This document shows, in pieces, positions 52,351 to 64,000 of a DNA stretch of 64,000 nucleotides (positions within the stretch are counted from its first letter, which is position 1; every line of letters begins with the position of its first letter). The stretch is from the NCBI RefSeq assembly GCF_006345805.1, contig NC_043006.1, forward strand, positions 81,902,001-81,966,000. Reading direction: 5' to 3'. The DNA comes from Octopus sinensis (lineage: Eukaryota). The notes under the pieces are model-generated. The model made no database searches. It was not told the origin of the DNA and worked only from the letters and a program-made list of their open reading frames with translations. A program made the translations under genes and the position numbers.

Positions 52351-53077
52351 GACATATACACACACACACACATTTGCATATACATGTGTGTATATGCTGG
52401 AAATACTAACACACACATGTAAAAGGCATTCATGCTGGTGCCATGAAAAAGCAGCTGTGTTGGTACCATGTAAGAAGCACCCATGCTGGTGTCACATAAA
52501 AGGCATCCAGTACACTCTGTAAAGTTGTTGGCACTAAGAAGGATATCCAGTCATAGGAACCGGGTCAAAACAGACAGTTGGAGCCTGGTGGAGCTCTCCA
52601 ACTTGATAGCTCCTGTCAGATTGTCCTACCTACAACAGTACAGAATACAAATGTTGGTTGGTTGGTTGGCTGGTTGGCTGGATGGATGGATGGAGAGATA
52701 GAAAGATAGATAGATAGATATGTTTCTTTATTAGCCACACAGAGCTGCACGCAGACGGGACAGATTACAAAGTAGAGCTTTTCTTTTTGGGGAGAAAAAA
52801 AAAGTGGGGTAGGTTTTCGATCAAATGGGATTGTAAAAGGGGAGGGAAAAAAAGGAAAGAAAAAAAAGAAAAAACAATCAATAGGGATCCTGTATCACAG
52901 AAATGTCATGATGTAAAGTGTAAAGAGGGAAGCGGTGAAGGTTTATCCGTGGAAAGAAAAGCTTACGGAAAAGACCATGGTAACCTTGGTCAATAATGTT
53001 ACATGTTACCACATTTGTTTGCAAGTAGGTAAACCTCCGTTTAAATTTTTCCGGATGGATGGTGGTGGTGGTGGTGT

Positions 53078-53133
<56 letters not shown>

Positions 53134-53287
53134 ATGATGCTATATCAGGCAGTGAGTTGGTTCATTTCAGAAAGCTGTCACCTCTCACTTGCAATGTATT
53201 CATATTCTGGCTATCTATCCAGCCATCTATCTATCTAACATTAAGAAAAAAAAAGATATATCATAAAACGAAACAAAACTGGTATTG

Positions 53288-53821
53288 GAGTAAAGATTAT
53301 TTGCCAACATAACATGACAGTCCTGGTTTAGGACGAATGTTGCTGTAATTTAGCTCCAGGAGACATCGTCCTAAACCAGGACTGCCATGTTATGTTGGCA
53401 AATAATCTTTACTCCAAAGTACTGTTGTTGAATATCTCTACTTGTGAGATTTACCAATAGTAATTTTCTAATTTATAGATCAGTGACTAGGTGTCACTTT
53501 GAAAACTATATATTTCGAATGGGAATTTAGCAGTGCCACCACTAGCTGAACAATTATTCTGTGCTGATGAAGGGAAATAACCTGGAAATCGCAATACACA
53601 GATATTGTTTTGAGCTAAGTGAGAGTGCTAGATTCCCTTGTTTGAAAATATAAGGACACAGATCATGTTGTATAGCCAGCTGGAGACGATCTCTCTTGGG
53701 GCTAAATTACAGCAAAATCCATTCTAAACTAGGACTACCATGTTATGTTGGCAAATAATCTTTACTCCAAAGTACTGTTGCTGAATATCTCTCATTGTGA
53801 GATTTACAAATAGCAATTTTC
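53288..53821. mobile_element. Second hammerhead-bearing insertion: 5' inverted segment plus ~1.3 copies of a ~353-bp unit
   Basis: Flanked by 14-bp direct repeat CAAAACTGGTATTG (53274-53287, 53822-53835); 53371.. repeats at 53724..; 52-bp inverted repeat 53285-53336/53366-53417. Confidence 0.7.
53558..53602 (+). ncRNA. Minimal type I hammerhead ribozyme (slightly degenerate); predicted cleavage after AUA at 53596
   Basis: Stem I TCTGTG/CACAGA, core CTGATGA, stem II AGG-GAAATAA-CCT(G), GAAA, near-palindromic stem III ATCGCAAT. Confidence 0.65.
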
Positions 53822-55278
53822 CAAAACTGGTATTGTAACTCTACAAGGACCTAGTTGCAGTTAACCTTTTTGAGACACACAATGTTTTGGTATGTGTAGC
53901 CAAAAAGACCAAAGTTTTTTCTTTCTGTTGAGATTGAATTTGATGAGTGCATGTAGAAAACAAAGGATAAAATACCTAAAACTACTTTATTAGTATGTAA
54001 ATCTATATATATCATATAGCTTTATATTATATCTACTGAAAGACTATTCCTGATTGGCTACTACACCTCAAAACGTTTGTTTCATTAGGCCAATGGATCA
54101 GCCTCAAAGTACTTTCAGTCTGTGTCCCTTGGGTTGATCAATCGGCCTGGGTGTCTCAAGAGGGTTAAAAGAAGAAGGTTTGCAGAGAAAGGAGAGTAAG
54201 AATTCTTGTCTGGAATATGACGAAAGGGTATCCAAAGGCCACAATCTTGCAGGAAGCTCTGGAAGGCAGAGCCTTTAGATTATGAAAGGAAACAAATACA
54301 TCTTGTAGATTTATTTAAATGACCTCCACCCCCACTTTCTCTCTCTCTCTCTCTTTTGCACACCCTCACTTCACCTTCTCTCTCTTGTACTCTTCACTTC
54401 TCGCTCTCTTTCTTTCTCTAGTACTCCCTCACTTCTCTCTCTTTCTTGCACTCCCTCACTTCTCTCTCTCTCTTCTCTCTCTCTCTCTTTCACCAAGCTG
54501 TGATGGTGGAGAGAGCAACAATACACTGAGTCACTGAATCACCATCATAGTCTTGATTATTAGTGTGTTATGCGTAAAGCAAGTAAATCTAGAGGAGCCT
54601 AACCCTCTCCCAGTAGCAAGCACCTTGCAAATTGCCTACATTCTATTGTCTTCCTTGCAAATATTCAAGAGTTGTGTGATCATTACATGAAACAAACTCC
54701 TCTAAGATGGCCTCAAAAACCATGGGTGACACAACAGAAAAACAAAAGCAGATCCTGGACACTTTGAAGTTAACATTAAAAGTGCAAGTAGGTTAGCAAT
54801 CCTAATCATGGCTATGTTCAATGAACAGATGCCATGTACATGGAGTCTACTTCATGAATGTATCCATAGAAACACAAGTGGATTCATATATTCATTTGTA
54901 GCAAAATGAATGTATTTGTATTGTCCCTTTCATTTATATTGTTTATATTGTCCCTTTGATTACAAATCATTATTAAGCAGCCCATCTATTTAATTCCAGA
55001 TCTTAATAGTTGTATACATCATCGAGAAACCAATTTTACAACTAACACACACACACACACACACACCACACACACACACACACACACACTCACACTCATG
55101 CACATGCACGTAGGCACACACACACATGCACATACCATTCAAACACTGAACATTGAAACCTATAGTTAGCTCCGCAAACTGAGGCAACGAGGGTATATAA
55201 TTTTCTAAGGCTGTAACAGTAGACTGAGATAGCTTTCGTCCACATGAACAATAATCCAACAACTTGACCCCACAAGCT

Positions 55279-55666
55279 TTATTACCTCTGCCTTAGCAAA
55301 AGCAGAGGTATTGTTTTCAGTCATGTTTGTTTGTTTGTCTGTGAACAAGATATTTCAAGAACCACTGAGTAGATTCGAATGAAACTTTCAGGGATGTTTG
55401 GCCTTGTGACTGGCATGAACTGATTAGATTTTGGGATCAATCTGGTACCAGACAAAAATTCTGGATTATTTTTCCATTTTTAAAAATTAATTTTTGAGAG
55501 CGGTCAGGTTCATTTTTAGTATTCTCGTTTGCGAGAGCAGCCGAGTTTATTTCAGTCATTCTCATTTTTAAAAATCATGTCTGGTTAATCATCAAGAGGA
55601 CGTTGGTGTTGCTTTGGCAGAGTTGGGGTTAGGGTTAGGGTTAGGGCTCTCTGAGTGCTTTTGTTA
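55279..55666 (+). mobile_element. Helentron-associated (HINE/DINE-like) non-autonomous element
   Basis: 5' TTATTACCTCTGCC with inverted copy GCAGAGGT, (GTTT)n microsatellite, 3' subterminal TTGGCAGAG and terminal GCTCTCTGAGTGC-TTTT. Confidence 0.6.
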
Positions 55667-56582
55667 CTTCATGAATTTCTTTGTAGGTTTCTAGCAAACA
55701 AATACAGAGTTTACTTCAAGTAGACTGCTAGAAAACAGCTTCCATGAAACTATTCCATTCACAATTCTTCTTTTCAATGTAAATGCACTTCAAAAATACA
55801 AGAACATCAACAAGCATCATATAGCTTTCTCTTTTGTTCTGCAGTTCAATTTACTACAAACAAAATGTCATATGAATCCAGCTACGTTTCTATATCTCCA
55901 TTCAGGAAGTAGACACTTGATGACAATTCAAAATAAAGAAAAAAGCAAAACAACCAAAACAAAGAGACTGGTATAAATATTATAGTATAGGCACTGTCTC
56001 CATTGACCAGAGATTAGGAACCAGTATGGTAGTGAGAGACTTAAGGGACAAGTGATGAGCAGAAGGGTTTTAGCAAAGAATTCTCTTCATGCAAGTGTTT
56101 TGGCCCTTAACTCCTTACAGTTTAAAGGGCCCAGGCCACATCCAGGTCATGACTCCTGGATACCCCTCTGTTGCCATGTTCTGTGCTTCTGTCTGCCTTG
56201 TAACCCTCCTGGGTAGTTAAAGTGTCTTAGTGCCTGCGATAGTTAAGTTCAATCAGTTGAATGCCGAGTAAACTTGGTCTTTTGAAATTTATATAGGAAA
56301 ATTATAATCTGAACGGTAATCAATATTTTACTGCTGAATGATTATGAATAATAAAGAAAATACATCAATACTTAAAAGTATCTGTTTTGAAAAAAGCAAA
56401 CCGATATCTCAAAAAAAAAAAGATTAAAATCAAACATTTAAAAATTCTGAATCAAATATTCTAATCGGTGTCATGACCATACAAAATGAAATAATATGTA
56501 AATACTTTCAATAAGGTACACTGACATAATTGTAATATTGTTGAATAAAACAACTGTATTGATTGATTCATTCAAATTTTAA

Positions 56583-56796
56583 CTCTCTTGATACCAACCC
56601 ATCTGAGACTGCTCCTGATTCTAGAATACAATCTTCTTGTATCTAAATAAAAACCTTCTATCAAAATTTCATATTAATTTATGCTCCAGCTACCAGCTTA
56701 ATAATGTCAGAGTTATTTGACTGAATTCTTCATTATTTTTAGAAATTAATAGAAATGAAAGCAGTGTATTTCAGAAGAGATGTAGTAATAAAAGGG
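56583..56796 (-). mobile_element. piggyBac-type MITE (older copy of 39137-39357)
   Basis: TTAA|CTCTCTTGATACC ... GTAATAAAAGGG|TGAA; reverse-complement homology. Confidence 0.75.
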
Positions 56797-57046
56797 TGAA
56801 AAAGCCAACTTAGACTTAATATTTGGTTTATTTCAATTGCATTTGGTGAGAAAAATAGGGCTGTTGGTTGCTAATTTCCATGGTCCAATGACTTGTTCAC
56901 TGCATTTGCAGTAACAAGAGCAAGAAGGAACTGTCTTTGAAATTTGGGCAAACACCACCTAGTGTATTTTTATAAAAAGAAGCTCTCATTTATTGGTTAT
57001 TGGTCTCCAATGGTTACTTCTTTTGAAAAATATGTAGACGCATACA

Positions 57047-57400
57047 CTTTTACTTGTTTCAGTCATCTGACTGCGGCCATGCTGGAGCACCATCTTTAGC
57101 CGAACAAATCGACCTCAGGACTTATTCTTTGTAAGCCTAGTACTTATTCTATCGGTCTCTTTTGCCGAACCGCTAGGTTACGGGGATGTAAACACACCAG
57201 CATCGGTTGTCAGGCGATGTTGAGGGGACAAACACAGATACACAAACATACACACACACACACACATACGACTGTGTCTCACTCTATCGGTCTCTTTTGC
57301 CAAACCACTAAGTTACAGGGGACATAAACACACCACCATCGGTTATCAAGCAATGTTGGGGTGGGGGACAAACACAGACATACAAACATATACACAAATA

Positions 57401-57439
<39 letters not shown>

Positions 57440-57604
57440 TACGACAGGCTTCTTTCAGTTTCCGTCTACCAAATCCACTCACAAGGCTTTGGTCAGCCCG
57501 AGGCTATAGTAGAAGACACTTGCCCAAGATGCCACGCAGTGGGAATGAACCTGGGACCATGTGGTTGGTAAGCAAGCTACTTACCTCACAGCCACTCTTG
57601 CACC
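57047..57604 (-). mobile_element. SINE family A with internal duplication of its 3' domain
   Basis: CTATCGGTCTCTTTTGCC...ACAAACACAGA occurs twice (~57148 and ~57283). Confidence 0.8.
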
Positions 57605-57944
57605 TATGAAGAAGGCTGGAGAATACAATAACTGACTGTAGTAAAAGCAACAATCAGGATGAGGACATCAATCCGACTAAAATAAACAGTATACCTAATA
57701 TAAATTCCTCGTCTCAAAAATATAGAATTGTACTGTAACTGTATTCTGTAATCTATCCATCCTTTCTATGAAATGGCATTTCATTAAAACACATACACAT
57801 GTTTAAATCACAGAATACTATGGCTATAAATAGTGTAAAAATGTTAAAGAGATTGGAATTGTGTAGAAATATTTAGTGTTACGAACATGCTCAGAAAATG
57901 TGTATCTGGTGAAGTATTTAAGAAGAATCACACACCACTAGCTT

Positions 57945-58130
57945 CTGCTAGAAATAGCAGGCATTTCTCCCAACAAATTGCATCCAATTTGCCTTGTGTA
58001 AAAAAAAAAAAAAAAGGGAATGATACATTGGATAATGTTGTTTATAAAGAAAAATAAAGGTGGGATGGTCATGGCTAGAATGCTTTCGGTCGAAGGTCTA
58101 TTTTTGACCTATGGCTAAAGAACAACAGCA
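57945..58130 (+). mobile_element. Interspersed repeat family F (source family of the 111-bp minisatellite unit)
   Basis: GCTAGAAATAGCAG ... GGGATGGTCATGGCTAGAATGCTTT...GGTCT ... AACAAC tail; homologous pieces at ~8945-9160, ~34900-35030, ~39100-39405 and ~45695-45890. Confidence 0.6.
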
Positions 58131-58429
58131 TCTACTACTACTACTACTACTGCTGCTGCTGCTACTGCTGCTAACACCACCACCACTGCCAACAACAACA
58201 ATAATTTCTGACACATCTAACAAAAACACACACACACATGAAATATTGGTTTCAAATTTTGATTTTAGGCCAGCAATTTCAGAGGAGATTACATCAACCT
58301 CAGTGCTTGGCTGGTACTTATTTTAAGTGAACCCCAGTGCTCAGCTGGTACTTATTTTATCAACTCTAAAAGGATTAAAGACAAAGTCAACCTCGACGGA
58401 ATTTGAAACACGGATAAAATATTCTTTTC

Positions 58430-58680
58430 TACTCTAGGCACAAGGCCCGAAATTTTTGGGGAGGAGGTCAGTCAATTAGAGGAGTCAATTAGAGCCAGTC
58501 AATTAGAGGAGGCCAGTCAATTAAGTACCTAGTATCCAACTGGTACTTAATTTATCAACTCCGAAAGGATGAAAGGCAAAGTCAACCTCAGTGGAATTTG
58601 AACTCAGAACATAGCGACAGACAAAATTCCACTAAGCATTTTGCCTGGCGTGCTAACATTTCTGCCAGCTTGCCGCCTTA
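58430..58680 (-). mobile_element. SINE family B with internal slippage repeats
   Basis: Reverse complement of family B; AGTCAATTAGA-like motif repeated four times at ~58485-58525. Confidence 0.8.
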
Positions 58681-58919
58681 ACAAGCATAAAATATTAATA
58701 ACTACTATATTACTGGGCTGCTTTTTATGAAGAAATGTCCTTTGTGTGACCCACCCCTGGTTCACTTACAAGTAAGGTATCTCTTTCCCTGATTTCTTAT
58801 ATGACAAGCCAGGTGCACACATAATGTACAGGATACCATTCTGTCACAGGGTTAAAATACAAATGCTGCCAGCTGTTGTTGCAATACTTTTTTCTCAGAT
58901 GAGTGGACTGAAAAAAAAG

Positions 58920-59250
58920 ATTCCCTTTGGTCATGAATGACCATGGGATTGCACCTAGAAAGTTACCCTCCAATGCACAAGTCTGGGTAAGGTTATTTAT
59001 GGAAGACCTACAGTTGCCCATGCATACCAGCTATCATTCACCATGTCACTGATGTCATACAAGTGAAAGGCAAATGCCGATACAACTTGTCACCAATGAT
59101 GTCGCAACTCATCTCTACAGGTGAGCAAACTGGAGCAACATGAAATAAAGTGTCTTGTTTAAGAACACAACACAGAACCTGGTCTGGGAATCAAACTCAC
59201 TCCCTCATGATTGTAAGTCAGACACTCTAACCACTGAGCTATGCACCTTG
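58920..59250 (-). mobile_element. SINE family C
   Basis: Homologous to 12786-13117. Confidence 0.8.
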
Positions 59251-59545
59251 GACTGGAGTTATGTGAAACGAAATGTTTTTGCTTGAGAGACACAATGCAC
59301 TGTCTGATCTGAGACTTGAAACCATGACCTTAACCTGAGTCCAACACTCTGACCACCAGGCCACATAACCATCACATAACTGAGATATTTTGTCATTCTA
59401 TTGACACTTAAATGCAGAGTTGCATTAGAAAGGGGAAGGTGTGATTGCAAACAAACAACTACTACCACTGTTGCTACTACTGCCACCACCACTACCACTA
59501 ATACTATTATCGTTATTATCATTATTATTATTTTTATTATTATTA

Positions 59546-59576
<31 letters not shown>

Positions 59577-60175
59577 AATTATTCATTCTGGCTGCAGACA
59601 TGTAAGAAATTTCAAGGTCTAGGACTCTGCAACAGCTATCAACATATTTTGAATAATTTCTAACACAAAACAATTTGTCAATGATGTCAAAGTTTAAGGT
59701 TGTAAAAATAACCCTTTCCCTACTCCATGAGATTAAACAGATTATCACAATAGCTATACATATATATATATATTATCATTCATTAAACTTGAAATATAAA
59801 ACCACTAAGTTGCCTCAGAAATATGTTAAATATTCACTACAGAGTTACTAAAATCTAATAAAATATTGTTTGTTACAATGCTCTTATCCAAAATTCCAAA
59901 CATTCTATATTTGATGAGAAACATTACGCATTTGACAGAACTGCACACCATTAAATAACTTAGTTTAGTATTGCAAATCAATAAGAGAGCTTCTATGTTG
60001 GGTCAGTGGGAAACTTCTTTTAGTGCTAGAGGCAAATTGCAGATACATAAAAATCTGTGAGAGGGTTACCGGCTGTGTTAGGAAAAAAATAATGAACCCC
60101 TAATTTGGCAAAATTCAGGGCTATGCCTTGAAATTTTAATATTTATATATGTATGTATATATATATATGTACTGT

Positions 60176-60508
60176 GAAGGCGCATGACTTAGTGGTTAGA
60201 GTGACTATCTTACGATCATGAGGTTGTGAGTTCGGATCCTGGACCGGGCTGCGTGTTGTGTTCTTGAGCAAGACACTTTATTTCACATCTTCCCAGTTCA
60301 CTCAGCTGTAGAAATGAGTTGCGACATCACTGGTGCCAAGCTGTATTGGCATTTGCCTTGCTCTTGGATAACACTGGTGCCATGGAGAGGGGAGGCCGGT
60401 ATGCATGGGCAACTACTGGTCTTCCATAAACAACCTCGCCCAGACTTGTGCCTAGGAGGGTAACTTTCTAGGTGCAATCCCATAGTCATTCATGACCGAA
60501 GAGGGTCT
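60176..60508 (+). mobile_element. SINE family C (full length)
   Basis: GAAGGCGCATGACTTAGTGGTTAGAG head through GACCGAAGAGGGTCTC end. Confidence 0.85.
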
Positions 60509-62782
60509 CAGCATATATACTAGGGACCTTCTGTGTCTGTCTCCCATCTGGTTGTACACTCAGTGTATGTTATACACACACACACACACACACACATACA
60601 TATATACATATATGTGTGTGGTAGTTGCAAAATGACTGTGACTGTCATACAAGTAGTGTCATTCATTTCCAATGTTCTGCAAGAACATGCTTGGTCTTGG
60701 GGAAATATTATCTTGACTGGAGAAAAGTGAGGGTTGACAAAAGGAAGGGCATCCAACCATAGAAAATCTGTCTCAAATAGATTCTGTCCAACACATGCAG
60801 GCAAAGGAAAGCAGATATTAGATGAGGAGGAGGAGAAAGAGGGAGGGAGAGAGAAGGGAGGAGGAGAGAGAGGGAGGGAGGAGAGAAAGAGAGAGGGGGA
60901 CACTACCAGAAAGCATAGGTGATGAATATCTTTTTGTATGTGGTACTTGGCTAGAATTGCACCAAAAACTGGTGGAGTAGAAATAAACAACTAGTATTAT
61001 TATAATCCAAGATGAAAAATAAATAAATAAATAAATCTGACAATTCCTCCCATAATTATTGAAGTAAATCAATAAAAGAAATATTGGTATGTTAATCCAA
61101 AACAGACATTTTATAAGTACAATACAGGAGAAAACTGTGCTGATTATATCAATGAGAAATATCAAACAGACATTCTTCTTTAATTCACACCCGAAGTTAA
61201 TCATACAGGGAAGTATGTTTAATTGAACTATTACAATTATTGTTTTGTTATATATAACAGGCCCTAACCCAGCCACTGGCACTGCACTTAAATCTTAAAT
61301 GATGCCACTTTGGAAACTTGATAACCATGACATAACTGAACCAATTACCAGAGCCAAAGTGGAAAAGGCATATTTTATGTAAGAATACTCGTTGAGCTAA
61401 TTGAATAATACCATTATGGACATGTTACCAAAGAAATAGACAGATGAGAGAAATTCTTGTGTTTCACAACATAAAAGGCTAACTGTGATCAACTTCCTTT
61501 TATTTTTCTATGAATTTATTGAGAACAGAACCGGATAAATGCTTTGATTTCATGAAGTGTTCACCAGGACACTACTTTCACTACCATAATCAAATTGAAT
61601 GATGAATAAAAAGAATGATTTTGATTTGCTTTCATACTTTGCTTTTTTTTTAAAATTTATCATCATCATCATCATCATTGTCATCATCATCATCATTATT
61701 ATTATCTCTTCTCTTTATGTAGTTTTCAATTCGTCCGTTTTTATCTTCTTTCAATCTTGTGGAACGGTTCAAAATTGGCATAGCAACAATGGTAGGCAAA
61801 TATTAAAAGTGTGGAGATAACAGTGATGATAATGGTGATATTGACGATAACAGCAACAACGGATATCATAACCATTTCATTGCTGGTGCTGTTGTTGTTG
61901 CTATCATCATCATCATCATTGTCATCATCGTCGTCACCTCATCCTTAAATGTTGCAGCATGTGGTTCCATTTCTCGAAATGACATTTAAAATACAGAAAT
62001 CATTCATGAAATACTACAGTTAATATAGCAATTATATATAATACACACACACACACACACACACACCACACCACACACACACACACACATAAACATACAA
62101 ACAAACCCACACTGATCCAGTGTGACAGTATAATGAAAGTATTGGCTAAAAAAAAGTTATGTTTTTGATTCAATTTGATTTCATTCTCTATCTTCCGAGG
62201 GAATTGTTTTAAGCTTAATTTTTTAAAAATCTAACGTTTGTAGTTAATATAAAGGGACAACAGGGCACAGTAGGGGTAGGACATGAGAGAGAAATGAAAC
62301 TGATAATGATAGGGGCAGAAGGGAGCCGTGCATATGGTGAGCAAATTCAAAGAGATGAGAGCAATTTGCCGGCTATGCTGTTGCTGCAGCTGCTGCTGCC
62401 GTTGGTAATGATGGTGATGATGATGATGGTGATGATGATGATGGTGATGATGATGATGGTGATGGTGATGATGGTGGTGGTGGTGGTTTCATATGTCAAT
62501 AGAGATGGGGGACCATCATAATCATCATCGTCGTCATTTAATGTCTATCTTCCATGCTATCTTGGTTTGGACAGTTCAACAGGATCCGGCAAGTCAGAGG
62601 ATTGCACTGGTCATGGACAACCAGTGGCTAGCAGGACTTACTGAACGACATTACCTTGAATTTCTTTTTGGTTTATTTTTTTGGTAGTGTGGCCCACCTG
62701 ATGATGAGCCATGATTCCCTATACTAAAAAGCTGCTCACACCTGGACAATACCACACCAGGCTCAGATGTCTGCTATTTACT

Positions 62783-63152
62783 CTTTTACTTGTTTCAGTC
62801 ATTTGACTGTAGCCATGCTGGAGCACCGCCTTTAGTCGAGCAAATCGACTCCACAACTTATTCTTTGTAAGCCTAGTACTTATTCTATCAGTCTCTTTTG
62901 CTGAACCACTAATGTTATGGGGACATAAACACACCAGCATCGGTTGTCAAGCGATGTTGGGAGAACAAACACAGACACACAAACACACACACATGATGGG
63001 CTTCTTTCAGTTTCCGTTTACCAAATCCATCCACAAGGCTTTAGTCAGCCCGAAGCTATAGTAGAAGACACTTGCCCAAGGTGCTACGCAGTGGGACTGA
63101 ACCCGGAACTATGTAGTTCGTAAGCAAGCTACTTACCACACAGCGACTCCTA
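62783..63152 (-). mobile_element. SINE family A
   Basis: Reverse complement of 261-665. Confidence 0.85.
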
Positions 63153-63221
63153 CACTATTGTATGGTTTCTGTGGTTGCATGGTTTCCTAATACCAACAAC
63201 TTTTCTGAGAGTACTTTGTCT

Positions 63222-63597
63222 TTTACTTGTTTCAGTCATTTGATTATGGCCATGTTGGAGCACCATCTTATTCTTTGTAAGCCTAGTATTTATTCTATTA
63301 GTCTCTTTAACCAAGCCAATAAGTTATAGGAATATAAACACATCAGTTATCAAGCGATGATGGGGTGGAGTGGAATGGGGGACAAACAGACACACAAATA
63401 CATACATACATACATACTTATATATATATATATGATGAGTTTATTTCAGTTTCCGTCTACCAAATCCACTCACAAAGCTTTGATAAGCCCAAGGATATAG
63501 TAGAATACACTTGCCCAAGGTGCCACGCAATGGGACTGAACCTAGAACCATGTGATTGGGAAGCAAGCTTCTTACCACACAGCCACTCCTGTGCCTA
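63222..63597 (-). mobile_element. SINE family A (more diverged, internal deletions)
   Basis: Reverse complement of 261-665. Confidence 0.8.
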
Positions 63598-64000
63598 CTG
63601 GGATGTAATTGAATGTCACAGAGAATTTAATCTGTTACCCAACCTGTTTTGTCAGATCAGCACCATACACAGTATTCAAAAGTTTAATAAAAATCAATAA
63701 AAATTTAATAAAAATTAAATGAATATAACTGAAGCATATTTAAATATATTTACTTTTTATTAATACAGAGCATCTCCAAATATATAAATATATGATATCA
63801 ATATCATCATCTTCATTTTAATGTCAAGTTTTCCATAATTATTAGGTTCAGATACTGATTTTCTATGACTGGATACTCTTCCAGTTACCAACCATCACTA
63901 TTTTCCAAGCTAGGTAATATGTCCCCATAGCTAAACTTGCTTTTCAAGGAAGGTTAAAAATGAACAACAATACTTGTGTAACAGTGGCCATCATATGATG

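Overview
AT-rich, microsatellite- and repeat-dense eukaryotic DNA, most likely intronic octopus (coleoid cephalopod) sequence; the organism call is inferred from recognisable tRNA-derived SINE families, RTE LINEs with (GAT)n tails and TTAA-MITEs. One clear host exon (alkaline ceramidase, ACER3-like, minus strand, 33333-33385) and one weaker candidate next exon are present. The rest is two tandem 5'-truncated RTE LINEs, many SINEs and RTE 3' tails, mariner/hAT/piggyBac/Helitron relics and a 111-bp x ~51 minisatellite. The most notable structure is a 3.0-kb insertion (26084-29120) of ~490-nt monomers. Each monomer carries a complete type I hammerhead ribozyme fold. About 2.1 inverted and 4 forward copies are flanked by an exact 14-bp target-site duplication, which is a retrozyme-like architecture. 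A second, unrelated ~353-nt hammerhead-bearing insertion (53288-53821) shows the same signature (14-bp flanking direct repeat, 5' inversion, more than one monomer). Several further hammerhead relics are scattered through the window. All structures were derived by eye; no folding, alignment or database search was run, and SINE/MITE boundaries are approximate.
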